Shown here: positions 14,604 to 29,163 of the stretch, piece by piece
How the letters are laid out: each line of letters begins with the position of its first letter
Position numbering within the stretch: position 1 is the first letter of the stretch
DNA from: Eledone cirrhosa
Taxonomy: Eukaryota
NCBI GenBank assembly: GCA_964016885.1
Contig: OZ024746.1
Coordinates: forward strand, 32,488,001 to 32,552,000
Length of the DNA stretch: 64,000 nt
Direction: 5' to 3'
Made by a program: the position numbers and the translations under genes
Notes under the pieces: generated by a model
Database searches by the model: none
What the model saw: only the letters and a program-made list of their open reading frames with translations
What the model was told of the DNA's origin: nothing

Positions 14604-15048
14604 CTGTAAGCGTTCTTTGCATCATTTGCTTTACAAGATTTGATCATCCACAAAGGGAGTTTCGGTCTTGAAATTGCGAGAAGAATCTGAGCTGTTTGAA
14701 GTTTTATTCCATACGACTTATTTAGAATGCAGAACACGTCTTGTATGTATACACTTTGTACAGAACGCTGCCCTTAGGCATTATTACATCTACTCTTGGA
14801 CGAAACACATATTAAGCCTAAGATTCCTTTTCAAGTTGCTATAAAGAAAAGGTCTACTCACACAGTACTGACTAAAATGTTAAAAAATTTGGAACGATTC
14901 AGACTAAAAGAAATCTGTCATCAGAAATCTGTTCTCAGATTTTGAACACCCCAACAGGAGTTTTGGTAGTGAAATTGTGGCTAAAATTATTTCGGCTCAG
15001 CTTATTCTGAATGCGAGATTTTACATGTATATATACATGTCTGTATGT

Positions 15049-15380
15049 GAAGGCGCGTGATTTAGTGGTTAGAACGTTGAGCTCACAATCGTAAGGTTGT
15101 GAGTTCGAATCCCGGACCGAGTGGTGCGTTGTGTTCTTGAGCAAAATACTTTATTCACGTTGCTCCAGTTTATTAAGCTATAGAAATGAGTTGCTGCGTA
15201 CTGGTGCCAAGCTGTATTGGTCATTTCCTTCCCCCTGGACAACATCGGTAGCGTGGAGAGGGGATACTGACATGCATGAGTGACTACTGGTCTTCCACAA
15301 ACACACCTTGTTCAAGCTTGTGCCTCGGAGCGGAACTTTCTAGGTGCAAAACCATGGTCATTCATGACCGAAAGGGGGGT
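15049..15380 (+). mobile_element. tRNA-derived SINE, family B (CORE-like central domain)
   Basis: A-box TAGTGGTTAGA and B-box GAGTTCGAATCC, followed by gtgttcttgagcaaaatacttt (CORE/V-like) and a longer body; no tRNA acceptor stem. Confidence 0.75.
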
Positions 15381-15397
15381 CATTAACTAATAATGTA

Positions 15398-15749
15398 CAG
15401 GGTGGTCCAAAAGTCTTGTCACCCCTTGTCACATATTGTTTTAACTTACATTATCTTTTGTTTTAATAATATAATATATAATATCATTGATTATAATATA
15501 TAATAATTATAATATAATTTTCTATTTCAGATGGCTGACACGAGCTCCTATAGTTTGGAAGAGAGGCTGCTTGAAAGTGTATGGACACATGATCGTGTAC
15601 ATTCTGGCAAGAGCATGGAGGATGTGCGACATGACTTCACTGCAAGATTCAGCAAACCAGCTCCTCAGAAGAGGACGATACTGCAATCGGAACATAAACT
15701 GTTTCTCATTACCTTTTGGTAGGGGTGACACGACTTTCAGACCACCCTG
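15398..15749 (+). mobile_element. Internally deleted Tc1/mariner-family transposon
   Basis: TA-flanked terminal inverted repeats (TIRs) cagggtggtccaaaagtcttgtcacccct / aggggtgacacgactttcagaccaccctg. Internal remnant MADTSSYSLEERL..VRHDFTARFSKPAPQKRTI resembles a mariner-type HTH N-terminus. Confidence 0.8.
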
Positions 15750-15769
15750 TATATATAATAGAAGTTTCC

Positions 15770-16080
15770 AAATGCTAATAATATGTATTAGTGTAAAATG
15801 GTGGTGTTGGACATGTTAAAGAAATGGTTCAGAAAGAATAATGTTATTTACAAACAAGGTTTATGAAGTGAAAAGAAAAAAGAATAAAGGGGCGTAATGT
15901 GGAGCATAATAAGGCCTTATTATGCTCCACATTACAAACCTTGTTATTTACAAACCTTGTTTGTAAATAACATTATTCTTTCTGCACCATTTCTTTAACA
16001 TGTCCAACACCACCATTCTACACCAATACATATTATTATCATTTGATAATGCATAAAAATGCTGAAACCGGTAATAGACA
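15770..16080 (+). mobile_element. Fold-back PLE-repeat-like element with degenerate U3:A8 HHR
   Basis: Inverted arms at ~15770-15863 and 15952-16044, central 42-bp perfect palindrome at 15894-15935, then TTGATAA-t-GCAT-aaaa-ATGC-t-GAAA-CCGG-TA (16043-16073). Confidence 0.6.
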
Positions 16081-16268
16081 ATTATTAAATAAATAAATAA
16101 ATAAATAAATGCCATTGTTAATTAATAAATAAATCAACTAATACCTTAACACTTCACACAAAGTAAAATATTTCGTTTTAATCATTTTCTAACCCAGAAA
16201 AAAGAGAGAAATAAATAAAAAGGGAAAAAAAAATATTTTTCTTCCTAATAATCGTCTTTTCTCCCTGT

Positions 16269-16309
<41 letters not shown>

Positions 16310-16361
16310 TAAGTATGTATATATATATATATATATGTAAGTATATATATATATATATATA

Positions 16362-16613
16362 TGTAAGTATGTTTTGAAACAGTGAGCGTGTTTGAAATTA
16401 GAAATATAAGCTTTCCCCGTATTTTTGACTAAAGAAATGTTTAGCTTGATAGTGGGGTTTAGAACCCTCAGAGAAGTGGAAAAAGATGAGTATTGACGTA
16501 CATGTACGTCAATACTCATACTCATCACTATCAAGCTAAACATTTCTTTAGTCAAAAATACGGGGAAAGCTTATATTTCTAATTTCAAACCCGCTTACTG
16601 TTTCAAAACATAC

Positions 16614-16618
<5 letters not shown>
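16362..16618. repeat. Fold-back element with nested palindrome, between (TA)n and (CA)n
   Basis: Arms at 16362-16454 and 16526-16618. Inner perfect palindrome atgagtattgacgtacatgtacgtcaatactcat at 16486-16519. Confidence 0.85.
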
Positions 16619-16690
<72 letters not shown>

Positions 16691-16850
16691 TATATATATA
16701 TATATATAAGCAAAGGGATATTTAATTTGTTGGTAATTCAACAAATATATATATTTATAACAGATTCGAAGCACTCGACAAGTTTTCTGGAGTATAATAT
16801 CAATGATATTAATAAATGGAAACTATATTTATAAAACCATATTTATTCTA

Positions 16851-16900
16851 TTATATATATTTCAAGGGTACCAAAACTTTGGTACGCTCTCATCAGATAA
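16851..16900 (-). ncRNA. Near-canonical minimal hammerhead ribozyme motif
   Basis: Minus strand TTAT-CTGATGA-GAGCGTACCAAA..TTTGGTACCCTT-GAAA-TATA-TA-TAA. Core intact, 11 of 12 stem II pairs; stem I register is off by one. Confidence 0.55.
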
Positions 16901-17473
16901 AATACAAAGTTTGTTTTATATATACATATAAAGGAAGTACAAGTACAGGTTAGCATTTACCTCATATATTCATTATACAATTGCTGTTATATATATTTAT
17001 ATCAATTTAAAAACCTTGAAAAGACATTTTCTGATGTTTGTCTTCAGTCCTTTCAGCTGTGTCCACCATGCAACATATTTCGCTACAGCCACCAGGCAGA
17101 AGAAAACTGCTTGTCATTCCCGACAAATAGGAAGGCGACAAGGCGTTGATTTAGAATCATAGCGATGCTAAATAAATGTAAATAAACTATTAGTGATATA
17201 ATTACCGCTTAATGTCTCACATCGAATATATTTTCTTAATGCATTTGTTTAAATAATATTTCGCAAAGATATGTTTCCGAATGTATAATATCATGTTGAT
17301 GGGATTAATAATTTTTAAATACAATTCATAGTAACTGAAATGACATTATATTCTTTTAGAAAGTCTATGACACCATGTTTTTCATCATCAACATGAAATT
17401 AGAAAGTACGATGAACACTTTCCGAGCTGATTTTTAGCCTAATTAAAATGCACATCGAACGTATAATATAATG

Positions 17474-17685
17474 GTTTCTTATATAGGCACAAGGCCAGCA
17501 CATTTGAGGGAGGGGAAAGTCAATTAATCAACGTCAGTGCGTGACTGGTACTTTATTTTATCGACCAAGTAAGGATGAAAGGCAAAGTTAACATCGGCGA
17601 AATTTGAACTCAGATAATAAAGGGCCATAACTCTATGCTGTTAAACATGGCGTCCGACCCTCTACCGATACTGCCAATCCACCTT
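17474..17685 (-). mobile_element. SINE family A with 20-bp TSD
   Basis: Flanked by atcgaacgtataatataatg at 17454-17473 and 17686-17705. Confidence 0.9.
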
Positions 17686-17823
17686 ATCGAACGTATAATA
17701 TAATGAAAGCATTAACGAACGGAAGTACGCAAAAAGAGTCGTAAAAGATATATATATATATATATATTTCTTTTTTACGACTCTTTTTGCCTTTACGACT
17801 CTTTTTTTACGACTCTTTTCTAG

Positions 17824-17869
<46 letters not shown>

Positions 17870-18228
17870 CCCTACACGCAAAAAGCGTCCAGGGACACAT
17901 GTTCTGGCTCGTTAATTTATTAACCTGCCATTGAACCACATTGGCATATGGTTGGACAATACATGTGTCCCTGGACGCTTTTTGCGTGTAGGGATATTTA
18001 CTTTACTTTATTATTATTATTCTCCTCTGGGTCGAGATAAAATTTGGTCGTTCTGACTGCTGCTATTTATAGTGGTAGTAGACTGACCTCCCTGCTTCTG
18101 CTTCTATCTTTACACACGGCACTGGACAGAATTGCTTCCACATCATTCATTCTCTTCTCGGGAACAATTTTGAATAGCGCCAGTTCGTAATTTGAACTTG
18201 GGAATTTTATATTCTCCGAGTGAAAAGA

Positions 18229-18315
18229 ACCTTCTGACGAGAGTTTATCTTTTCAATGGAAAGCCGCAAGGACTGTCCATTTATTTTTGAGACTCGAAAC
18301 CGATTCGGTAAAGGT
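18229..18315 (+). ncRNA. Complete type I hammerhead ribozyme
   Basis: Stem I ACCTT/AAGGT; core CTGACGA; stem II GAGTTT/AGACTC extended by AATGGA/TCCATT and a CC-GCAA-GG cap; GAAA; stem III CCG-att-CGG; GUA cleavage triplet (cut after 18310). It lies in a ~500-bp (TA)n-flanked element (17868-18382) that starts with an inverted repeat. Confidence 0.85.
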
Positions 18316-18469
18316 AACCATAGTGAGTACAGTGAATTTTTAAAAATTTATTTTGAAACTTTTTCTTATTTGCTAAACCTTTATATATATATATACTCTT
18401 TTACTCTTTTACCTGTTTCAGCCATCCGGCTGAGGCCATGCTGGGGCACCGCCCTATATATATATATAA

Positions 18470-18776
18470 ATAAAGAAAAAAAGATGAAATCGGAAAATGC
18501 AACTAGAGTCTTATTTAAAAAAAAAAAAATATATTTATTTGGTTCCTTTACCGGTTTCGCAGTTCTTCTGCTTTTCAAAAGTAGAGTTGAGATGGAGGGT
18601 CTGTGGTTTTTCCCACATCTGATGTGAGATGTGAGAAAAACCACAGACCCTCCATCTCAACTCTACTTTTGAAAAGCAGAAGAACTGCGAAACCGGTAAA
18701 GGAACCAAATAAATATATATATATTTTTAAAAATAAGACTCCAGTTGCATTTTCGATTTCATCTTTTTTTCTTTAT
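18470..18776. mobile_element. Fold-back element carrying a U3:A8 minimal HHR on each arm
   Basis: Arms at ~18470-18620 and 18627-18776. CTT-TTGAAAA-GCAG-aagaa-CTGC-GAAA-CCGG-TA-AAG at 18666-18701 (+) and 18546-18581 (-). Relatives at 25790-25870 and 40757-41030. Confidence 0.7.
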
Positions 18777-18832
18777 ACTTTCACTCGTGTAGGACACCTC
18801 GGTTATTTTTCATTTTGCCAAAAAACCCTCAC

Positions 18833-20318
<1,486 letters not shown>

Positions 20319-20351
20319 TATAATAACTTGTGTGTTACACCTCTATTCTTT

Positions 20352-20444
<93 letters not shown>

Positions 20445-20639
20445 GGAGGTAAAACACTAGGAGGTTATATCCATAGTAAGTAGAGCACTCAGTCCATAGG
20501 ACGAGTTCGGTATAAAGTTAGTTCCACAACATATTAGCAAACCATCTTCACGAACAGGTGTTTCACCTTACGGATTTTCAACTCGAGTGAGGTTGTACTG
20601 AAAAAAGGAAGTTTATATGAGTTGACCAAGTTATTAAAC

Positions 20640-21150
20640 TTTAGATTAAGAGAACTTTTATCCGGCTTCCACCTGTGTATGTTGACTGCCATGACACCTA
20701 TCTGTCTTTATATGTGTCCTTCCAAACTTCTCTGTCCATCATCGGCGTTGTAAACCCTCTCACACTATCCACTTCGATATCTTCTTATAGTATCGAACAA
20801 AGTGACTTGCAAGTTTCATTCTCCTCTGCCTTATCTTTTCCGTTTGTTACTAGTAAAAGCTATTGATACAATTCTCTGCTGGTTAATTTCTGTTTCTATG
20901 AAACGTTAAGTACTATTCATATTCTTGTATAGCAGTCATCAATTCTCTTTTCGAGTTGCTTTGTTATGTACCATGCTACTGGTCCATATAAACGAACAGA
21001 CTCCACTGTTGTGATAAAAGTCTTTCTTTAAGCCTTCTGCTCATCCATGATGTCTATATCCCTTTCAACTTGTCGTACGCTGACCAAACAAACTAACCAA
21101 CCCTTTCTCAATTGAAATTCGTATTCATTGCTTTCCGGCTTCGTCATGCC
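20640..21150 (-). mobile_element. Degenerate RTE-like LINE 3' coding remnant
   Basis: TFITTVESVRLYGPVAWYITKQLEKRIDDCYTRI*IVLNVS*KQKLTSRELY matches the RTE C-terminal LLYG.E.W.LT...RLDG.YTR.LR..LN.SW motif, with stops. Confidence 0.7.
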
Positions 21151-21235
21151 ATATGTCTCTTGTTCAATACGAATTTATAACAACGAACTTGAAAATCCTT
21201 ATATATTCCATACACGCATGTGTGTATGTGTACGC

Positions 21236-21478
<243 letters not shown>

Positions 21479-22244
21479 TATACCTATAAGTATATAATAC
21501 TGAAAGCATATAATAAATGAATGAAAATCGCGAAGAAAGTCTAAAATAAACTCTAGCTCTATCAAACTAGACTATAGAAAAGAGTGACGGTAAAAAAAAG
21601 AGGATGTCTCCTACGTTTAAACGTCGCTTCGGGTGAATATAATTAATATTTCTATTGGTGTGTCTGATTCGTCGTTGTCAGTCATAGCGTTTGTTCGTTA
21701 TTATATACCACAGCTATTTTTATTATCGTAGTTTGAAATACAACTTAATCAAACAATTATTGAGTACAATCGAGTTATGGCTGGCACAATTGTCAATTGT
21801 CTTCTACGTAAGCGATATTTTCTCTTTAACAATGGAGCTATTAACATCCTAACAGTGTCTCTCAAACATAGTCAATGTTGTTATCGACATTACTCTTCTT
21901 ATTGTTTCGAATTTTAGTTGTTTTTTGGTCCGTTTTTTTTTTCCTCTCTTCTTTTGGCGTCTTGCTCTTTCTCTTTCCACCATCAATGTCTGTTTCTCAC
22001 AAGTATTTCTCTCTCTTCACCACAATCTCTTTATAAAACTACGTTAACTCAAACTGTGAGTAACAATTGAAATATTATGTCTTTGTTTGTCATTTCTTGC
22101 TTTTTTTAAGCGAACTAAAATTTATTGAATCGTGAAAAATATTTCGTCTTCTCTCCCCTTCCCTTCTCTTCTCCTCATCATCTCTTTATATACATATTTC
22201 ATATACATATATATACATATATGAAATTTCGTTTCATTTTTCCG

Positions 22245-22362
<118 letters not shown>

Positions 22363-22422
22363 TATGTATATATATGATATACACACACACACATATATAT
22401 AGAGAGTGCTCTCTCTCTCCCC

Positions 22423-22474
<52 letters not shown>

Positions 22475-22851
22475 ATATATATATATAATACACACACACA
22501 TATATATATATGTAATGGGAGAGAGAGAGAGAGAGTGCGTGAGAGAGAAAAATAGAGAGACGTGTGGACGTGTGTGTGTGTATGTGTGTATGAGTCTGTA
22601 CATGCGCGCGCACACACATGGAATTTTATCGAAGCTTTATATTGATTTCCTTTTCAAAATACATACATATAGCATTCTTGCAATATACTGATGGTTTTGT
22701 TTTCTCACTTGCTTATGACGATTATCATTGTCGTTGAAGTTATTATTATAAATATTATTTAACATACATATATACATTTTTACACACACACATCCACCCG
22801 TACATACTTAGATACACACACACACGCACACACGCCCCCCCCATATATATA

Positions 22852-22959
<108 letters not shown>

Positions 22960-23823
22960 ATATATATATATATATATCGTATAGTGGTATAGACACATAA
23001 TCAATAGAATACACACCTTATTCGCTATTCATTCATTCATTCATTCATTTCCTGTATTGTTATTTTACCCGCGTCTGTTTTAAGAAATATTCTAAAGACA
23101 GGAGATAGCTTTCTTTTCTTCCCGGACATCTGAAGGCTGAAATACTCCTCGAATTTTAGTTTCTTGCTGACACATTCATTTCCAACATTATCACAAATTT
23201 AGGGAGGACTAGTAACAGCCAGTCAATTCAATCAACGAAAGTACTTGACTGGTATTTACTTTGACACAAGGGACATAACCCGAAACACTGGATCAGTCTG
23301 GGATAGACATATACAAAATACACTATATCTGTCGATTTTTCCTCTATATCTCTTCCTCACTTCAATTCTCTCACTTTCTATCCTTCGCTGAAAGATATCT
23401 GCTGTATTCAGACCTGGAGAGGAGATGGGTTCCACCAGGTTTAGAAAATGCCATATAAACGCCGTATATCAATATGGCGGCCTATGACTCCATCAGGAGT
23501 TACGCACCCATACATACATATATATGTGTACGTCCTGAAATTTTGGCTTTATATTTGTATGCAATATAAAAGAAGTACTACAAGTTTTATGCGACTATAA
23601 GAGGAATAAATATTACAGCACAAACATTACATAATTCGAATGAATATTAAATGATAAAAAAAAAAAATATCGTGCGTCGTAATTATTAATGAGAAAACAG
23701 AACTCCCAGCACGTTCTCTCAATTGCAAAAGAAACTCAAACAACCAATAAGAAGGAAGGCTATACTACGATTATAATTTTTGGAATAAAGAGTAGCATTT
23801 CAGAGATGCATCATTTTGTAATA

Positions 23824-24512
23824 TAGGGTGTTAAAAAAAATTAGATATCATTTGAGATGAAAATATCCCAGAGATCAGCCATGGAATTCACATAACTTTA
23901 AATTTCTCATTCAAAGTTGTTCAACATTAAGCTTGCTCAATCTCGTTGTCGTAGAATTTGTATTTTCTGGCATATTTACATCTCAAATGATATTTTGGTG
24001 AAGGATTTGTTGTCACCAATTTGTTTGAAGATGTAAATTCCAATTTAGCGGAGAAGTATATTTCAGAAGTTGTAATGTCGCCACGAGGACCCAGGTTTGG
24101 TAGAGAGATATGATAGGAATATCAACAACGACTTTAGCTTGGTTTTACATTATTTATTAACAGAGGTTGAGCTGGCATGCCAAGAGAAATGAAATAATTC
24201 AATTAAGATTACAAGAGAAAATACGGGAGACTGGCTGAAGGCGTTTGGCCAGGCTCGTAGGTAATGCTTTGTCGTTACATATTGTTTGTGTTTACGGAGC
24301 AAAAGAACAAGCGGTGTTTACTTAGCATGGTCAAGCCTGGAAGTGGTGGCGTCCTCAAATCTTTGCGGGCTATTTCTCCCTCAGAACGCGTAGGGATACA
24401 TCCTCATCTACTGGCGCTGATTGGCTGAGCTGAGCCAAATCACGCACAGAGAATGTATGTGAGCCCGCGGAATGTAGGTCACTACAATATCAAAATTTTT
24501 TTAAACACCCTG
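23824..24512. mobile_element. Tc1/mariner MITE interrupted by a ~490-bp insertion with a candidate solo LTR
   Basis: Left TIR agggtgttaaaaaaaattagatatcatttgagatg. The right TIR is split between 23979-23993 and 24487-24512, with ATAT repeated at the break. Inner segment 24071-24486 has TGTAATG...CACTACA ends. Confidence 0.55.
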
Positions 24513-24635
24513 TATTAACATCCCTACTACATTTCAGTATCTTTGATCTCCAATCAGGTGCTTTATCCCTAGCTATGTATATAGTACCAAATATATTCGT
24601 TTTCCAAGTCGAATCCAATCCGGTGTTATGCATTA

Positions 24636-24976
24636 CAGTTGTCCCCAGGTATTCGCTGGTGTTACGCTCCTACAGCACCCGTGAAGAGTGAAAAACCACG
24701 AATATTAGACGTGGTCCATAAAAATGCCTATAAACGTCAAAACATAACGTAAAATATAGGCTGACAAATACGCTATATTTTTATTAATAATTTAGCGTTA
24801 AAAAGCGTGAAAAAATATATATTGCTACGAAAAAAGCCATAACAAATCGTGGAAGATATTTACGATTCCGCGAATATGCGGTGGTTTCCACGAACAATTA
24901 TTAGTTAGGTTCTAAGGAAAATCCCTCGAATAACCGAGACCATGAGTGCCAGGACCGCGAATACCGGGGGTCACTG
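24636..24976. mobile_element. Tigger/pogo-like MITE
   Basis: TA-flanked imperfect TIRs cagttgtccccaggtattcgc / gcgaataccgggggtcactg. Confidence 0.7.
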
Positions 24977-25368
24977 TATACCAAAATAAAACACATGAAG
25001 ACTATCAGAGAGAAAACTTATTGAAAGGTAGCGTAGAAGTAAATATTAAAACTTGTTCGTTTAAAACGACAAATGTTAATAGTCTGATAAAACTATAATC
25101 CTATTAGTCATCTCAGACATCTAGAAATTCAAACGAAAAACAATAAAATCTTTTGTCAAGGAAGTTAAAAAAAGTAGAAAACAAATTCTGAAATCGCAGA
25201 CAGCTATGCAGTAGCAACCAAAGAAACTATAAAAAACATTGATAATGAAACTGATAATGGGAAGACAAAATGTCGTACAAAGGAGATGGCTCGAATTTTT
25301 GCTACAGATGAGTTTCTCGAACGAGCATCACGGTGGCGGTATATCAGGCGATTATCTAAGTTTATCAC

Positions 25369-25438
<70 letters not shown>

Positions 25439-25689
25439 CGGCGATGAATTAGTTTTGCGAGGTTTTTTATATGAAATCGTGTGTCGAAACAGATATTGTT
25501 ATACTTGGGGAGGGTCATATTTGCGTAATATTGCCAGAATTAATAACAGAACACACTCACTGTTTGGTTGGTTTTCGCTTCTCGCTGTCTTTTATATCTG
25601 CGATCTAACTTACTCGGTCCTCAATGTTGCCATTGACTGACCGGCGGTCAAAAATAATACAGATACAATATAGACACAAACACATGTTT

Positions 25690-25774
<85 letters not shown>

Positions 25775-26545
25775 CATATATATATATATAAGGAAACAAA
25801 AACGAAAATGCAACAGGAGTCTTTTTAAGAATATTTATTTATTTCCTTTACCGGTTTCAAAAGTAGAATTGTATATATATATATATAATTTATGCGATAA
25901 CAGGTTATACTTTAAAATGTTCATCCCCCACCCCATGATAAACATTACATATGTTTCGCAGATGGTCGGTTCGAAGTTTTTATTGATGTTATAAACCTAG
26001 CTCCAGTATCAATTAGCACATCAAACGTCTAGATTTAAATAAAAACATTTCCATCTCCAATAAGCAACAAAATGAGTAAACAAACTGTCCCAGATATATA
26101 TAAATATATTTTGTGTGTGAGAGTGCGTGTGTATGTATGCGTATATGCTGATTATGTAAGTATGCATATGTATATTTGTGTGATATCACACCTTAAAACG
26201 TTGACGATAACTCTTTAGATGAAATACGGCTATTCAACATATATATCGATCTATTCCAAAGAATATTCCCCCTAAAGACGGAATTTAAATTCTTCCAATA
26301 TTGGTTTATCTAAAGTTTTGAAATAATTAATATCGTTTCTTGATTTCAGAAATCATGTTTGGGGAACTATATGAATTAAACTGACTTAGTTTACTCAATC
26401 TAGCTTATATACCACTAAATCGAGATTTTGACTTATGTTTAATATACATATGTTACTTCTCTGAGTTGATAATTTATTAGTATATTTTATCCTTTCATTA
26501 CGATGTATAAGTATTAAGTATTAGAGACAAATACCTTATTAATTG

Positions 26546-26583
<38 letters not shown>

Positions 26584-26750
26584 ATACTTTGGGAGGGTCA
26601 TGTTGCCAATAAGAAACACACGCACCAGTTGCTTTCACTTCAATTTATTATATATTTATAAATTTATAAATTTACAAATCTATAAACCTATAAATTATAA
26701 ATTTCTGGTTGGTTGGTTGGTTCCACAACCAGATAGTTGTTTATATATAT

Positions 26751-26795
26751 AGTCATAGTCCTTTCGTCACACACTCTGTGACCTCTTCAGTGACT
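26751..26795 (-). ncRNA. Minimal type I hammerhead ribozyme in PLE repeat
   Basis: AGTCA-CTGAAGA-G-GTCACA-gagtg-TGTGAC-GAAA-GGAC-TA-TGACT, sense to the PLE ORF and ~280 nt past its stop. Confidence 0.8.
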
Positions 26796-27072
26796 GGGGA
26801 TTCCTTTCTTCGTTTCTGTGCCTTTTCTTTCTTCTATCCTACGCCATTTTGTTTCTGTGTGTGTGTTGTGTGCTCAGTTTGCGCATGTGCCACATCCGGG
26901 TGTCTGTGTGTGTTTGTGTTCATTTTTCTATTTGTTTATTTATTTATTGTTGGTTGGTTGTTTGTTCTATGTGTGTGTGTGTTTTCATTTTGTCCTGTGT
27001 GTGTTTTCATTTTGTGTGTGTTTTCAATTGTAAGTTGTTTGTTCTATGTGTGTGTGTGTTTTCATTTTGTCC

Positions 27073-28260
27073 TTAATTGTAAGTTGTGATGTTGCTGTTC
27101 CACTCATATTTTCTATTTAATTTTGGTTTTAATTCTTTTATGCTTACTGCCTCTGTAATTTGCCTAAACATTGCGTCTTTTCTGTGCGTGGATTCTATTT
27201 TTATTTCTATGCTCTCTAATCTACCCCTGTGTTCTATCTTAGCATGTTGGTAGAGCACAGATGATTCTTTATTATCTTGGAGGTCTCGCCAGTGTTCATT
27301 TATTCGTTCCCCTATACTACGAGCTGTCTCACCTATGTACACTATATTTTTGTTTCTACATTGTCCTTCAGTACATCTTATGCTATACACTACATTTCTA
27401 GTTTTACAGTTAATATGGGGGCTTATTTTACAGGTTATACATTTCTTATCTATACATGAGGGTCTTTGGAACGGGTATGTCTTGCTAATAAGTGTTTTTA
27501 CGGAGGTACCAGGTCTTTCTACTATCTTAATATTGAGATTATGTTTATTTAGGGCCCTTCTAAATTTGTAGGCTAGTTCGCCTCTAGGGGTTGTATTGAT
27601 GAACATTACACTCTGGTATTTATTGCTATCATACCATGAGTTTATTCTATTGGCCTTGTTCCTAGTTCTTTCTATTCTATTCCAAAATTTGCTCCTATAC
27701 AAGGGGCAGGTCCCATTTATGTCATTATTTACCATTTTTTCCCATTTGGTTCTGGCTCCTTTATACACTCTGATTCTATCTCTCTGATTGTAGCCAGAGA
27801 ACTGCATACGGTGGATGAAGTGTTGTATGTGTCTCTCTAGTTCTTCGGGGTTGCACATGCGGGACACATTTCTCATCACCCGTACCAAATCCGCAATCAG
27901 TATGTTGATTTTGGTATAGTCCGAAATGGCCGAGTTTCGGTGGATCAGATGTTTGGAAGTCATGGGTTTGGCATAATGGGAATGGAGGATTTGTTTTTTG
28001 TTGTTAATGGTATCTAACCAGAGCTCTGTGTCTAGTACAGGTAATCGATGGTTGGGGTGTCTACTTGGGTAGTCTATAGTAACTCTAATGCTCTGGTGGA
28101 TGGAGTTTGCTATTTGCTGGATGCTTTCCATTGTGTTTTTCTCTAGTTCCTGACTGTTCTTTAGTGGGGGTGTCTTAACTACGATGTTTATATCATCTAC
28201 GTAGCGGAAGTACATTATCAGGGTTAAGCTGTCTTCTAATTGTTCATTAAGTTTCATCAA
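27073..28260 (-). CDS. PLE reverse transcriptase (C-terminal part) plus GIY-YIG endonuclease, 5'-truncated
   Basis: Open 395-aa frame: YFRYVDD, LPVLDTELW, Cys-rich linker CIDKKCITC..NC, and NVVYSIRC..VYIGETAR..R..EH..RQITEAVSI..P.LN. Confidence 0.9.
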   Translation of the reverse strand: MMKLNEQLEDSLTLIMYFRYVDDINIVVKTPPLKNSQELEKNTMESIQQIANSIHQSIRVTIDYPSRHPNHRLPVLDTELWLDTINNKKQILHSHYAKPMTSKHLIHRNSAISDYTKINILIADLVRVMRNVSRMCNPEELERHIQHFIHRMQFSGYNQRDRIRVYKGARTKWEKMVNNDINGTCPLYRSKFWNRIERTRNKANRINSWYDSNKYQSVMFINTTPRGELAYKFRRALNKHNLNIKIVERPGTSVKTLISKTYPFQRPSCIDKKCITCKISPHINCKTRNVVYSIRCTEGQCRNKNIVYIGETARSIGERINEHWRDLQDNKESSVLYQHAKIEHRGRLESIEIKIESTHRKDAMFRQITEAVSIKELKPKLNRKYEWNSNITTYN

Positions 28261-28736
28261 TAAAGAATCATCTGTGCTCTACCAACATGCTAAGATAGAA
28301 CACAGGGGTAGATTAGAGAGCATAGAAATAAAAATAGAATCCACGCACAGAAAAGACGCAATGTTTAGGCAAATTACAGAGGCAGTAAGCATAAAAGAAT
28401 TAAAACCAAAATTAAATAGAAAATATGAGTGGAACAGCAACATCACAACTTACAATTAAGGACAAAATGAAAACACACACACACATAGAACAAACAACTT
28501 ACAATTGAAAACACACACAAAATGAAAACACACACAGGACAAAATGAAAACACACACACACATAGAACAAACAACCAACCAACAATAAATAAATAAACAA
28601 ATAGAAAAATGAACACAAACACACACAGACACCCGGATGTGGCACATGCGCAAACTGAGCACACAACACACACACAGAAACAAAATGGCGTAGGATAGAA
28701 GAAAGAAAAGGCACAGAAACGAAGAAAGGAATCCCC

Positions 28737-28781
28737 AGTCACTGAAGAGGTCACAGAGTGTGTGACGAAAGGACTATGACT
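28737..28781 (+). ncRNA. Minimal type I hammerhead ribozyme (inverted-arm copy)
   Basis: Same sequence as 26751-26795, on the opposite strand. Confidence 0.8.
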
Positions 28782-29010
28782 ATATATATAAACAACTATC
28801 TGGTTGTGGAACCAACCAACCAACCAGAAATTTATAATTTATAGGTTTATAGATTTGTAAATTTATAAATTTATAAATATATAATAAATTGAAGTGAAAG
28901 CAACTGGTGCGTGTGTTTCTTATTGGCAACATGACCCTCCCAAAGTATAACAATATCGGTTTCAACACACGATTTCAGATAAAGAATCTTGCTAAACAAA
29001 TTCAGAAACG

Positions 29011-29163
<153 letters not shown>

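Noticed and set aside
15049-15125. Possible tRNA gene
   Set aside because: It has A/B boxes but no acceptor stem or T-run terminator, and continues into a SINE body.
20545-20590. HHR-like motif on the minus strand (TTGAAAA-tcc-gtaa-ggt-GAAA-cacc-TG)
   Set aside because: G at the cleavage position and a 2-bp stem II; too weak to call.
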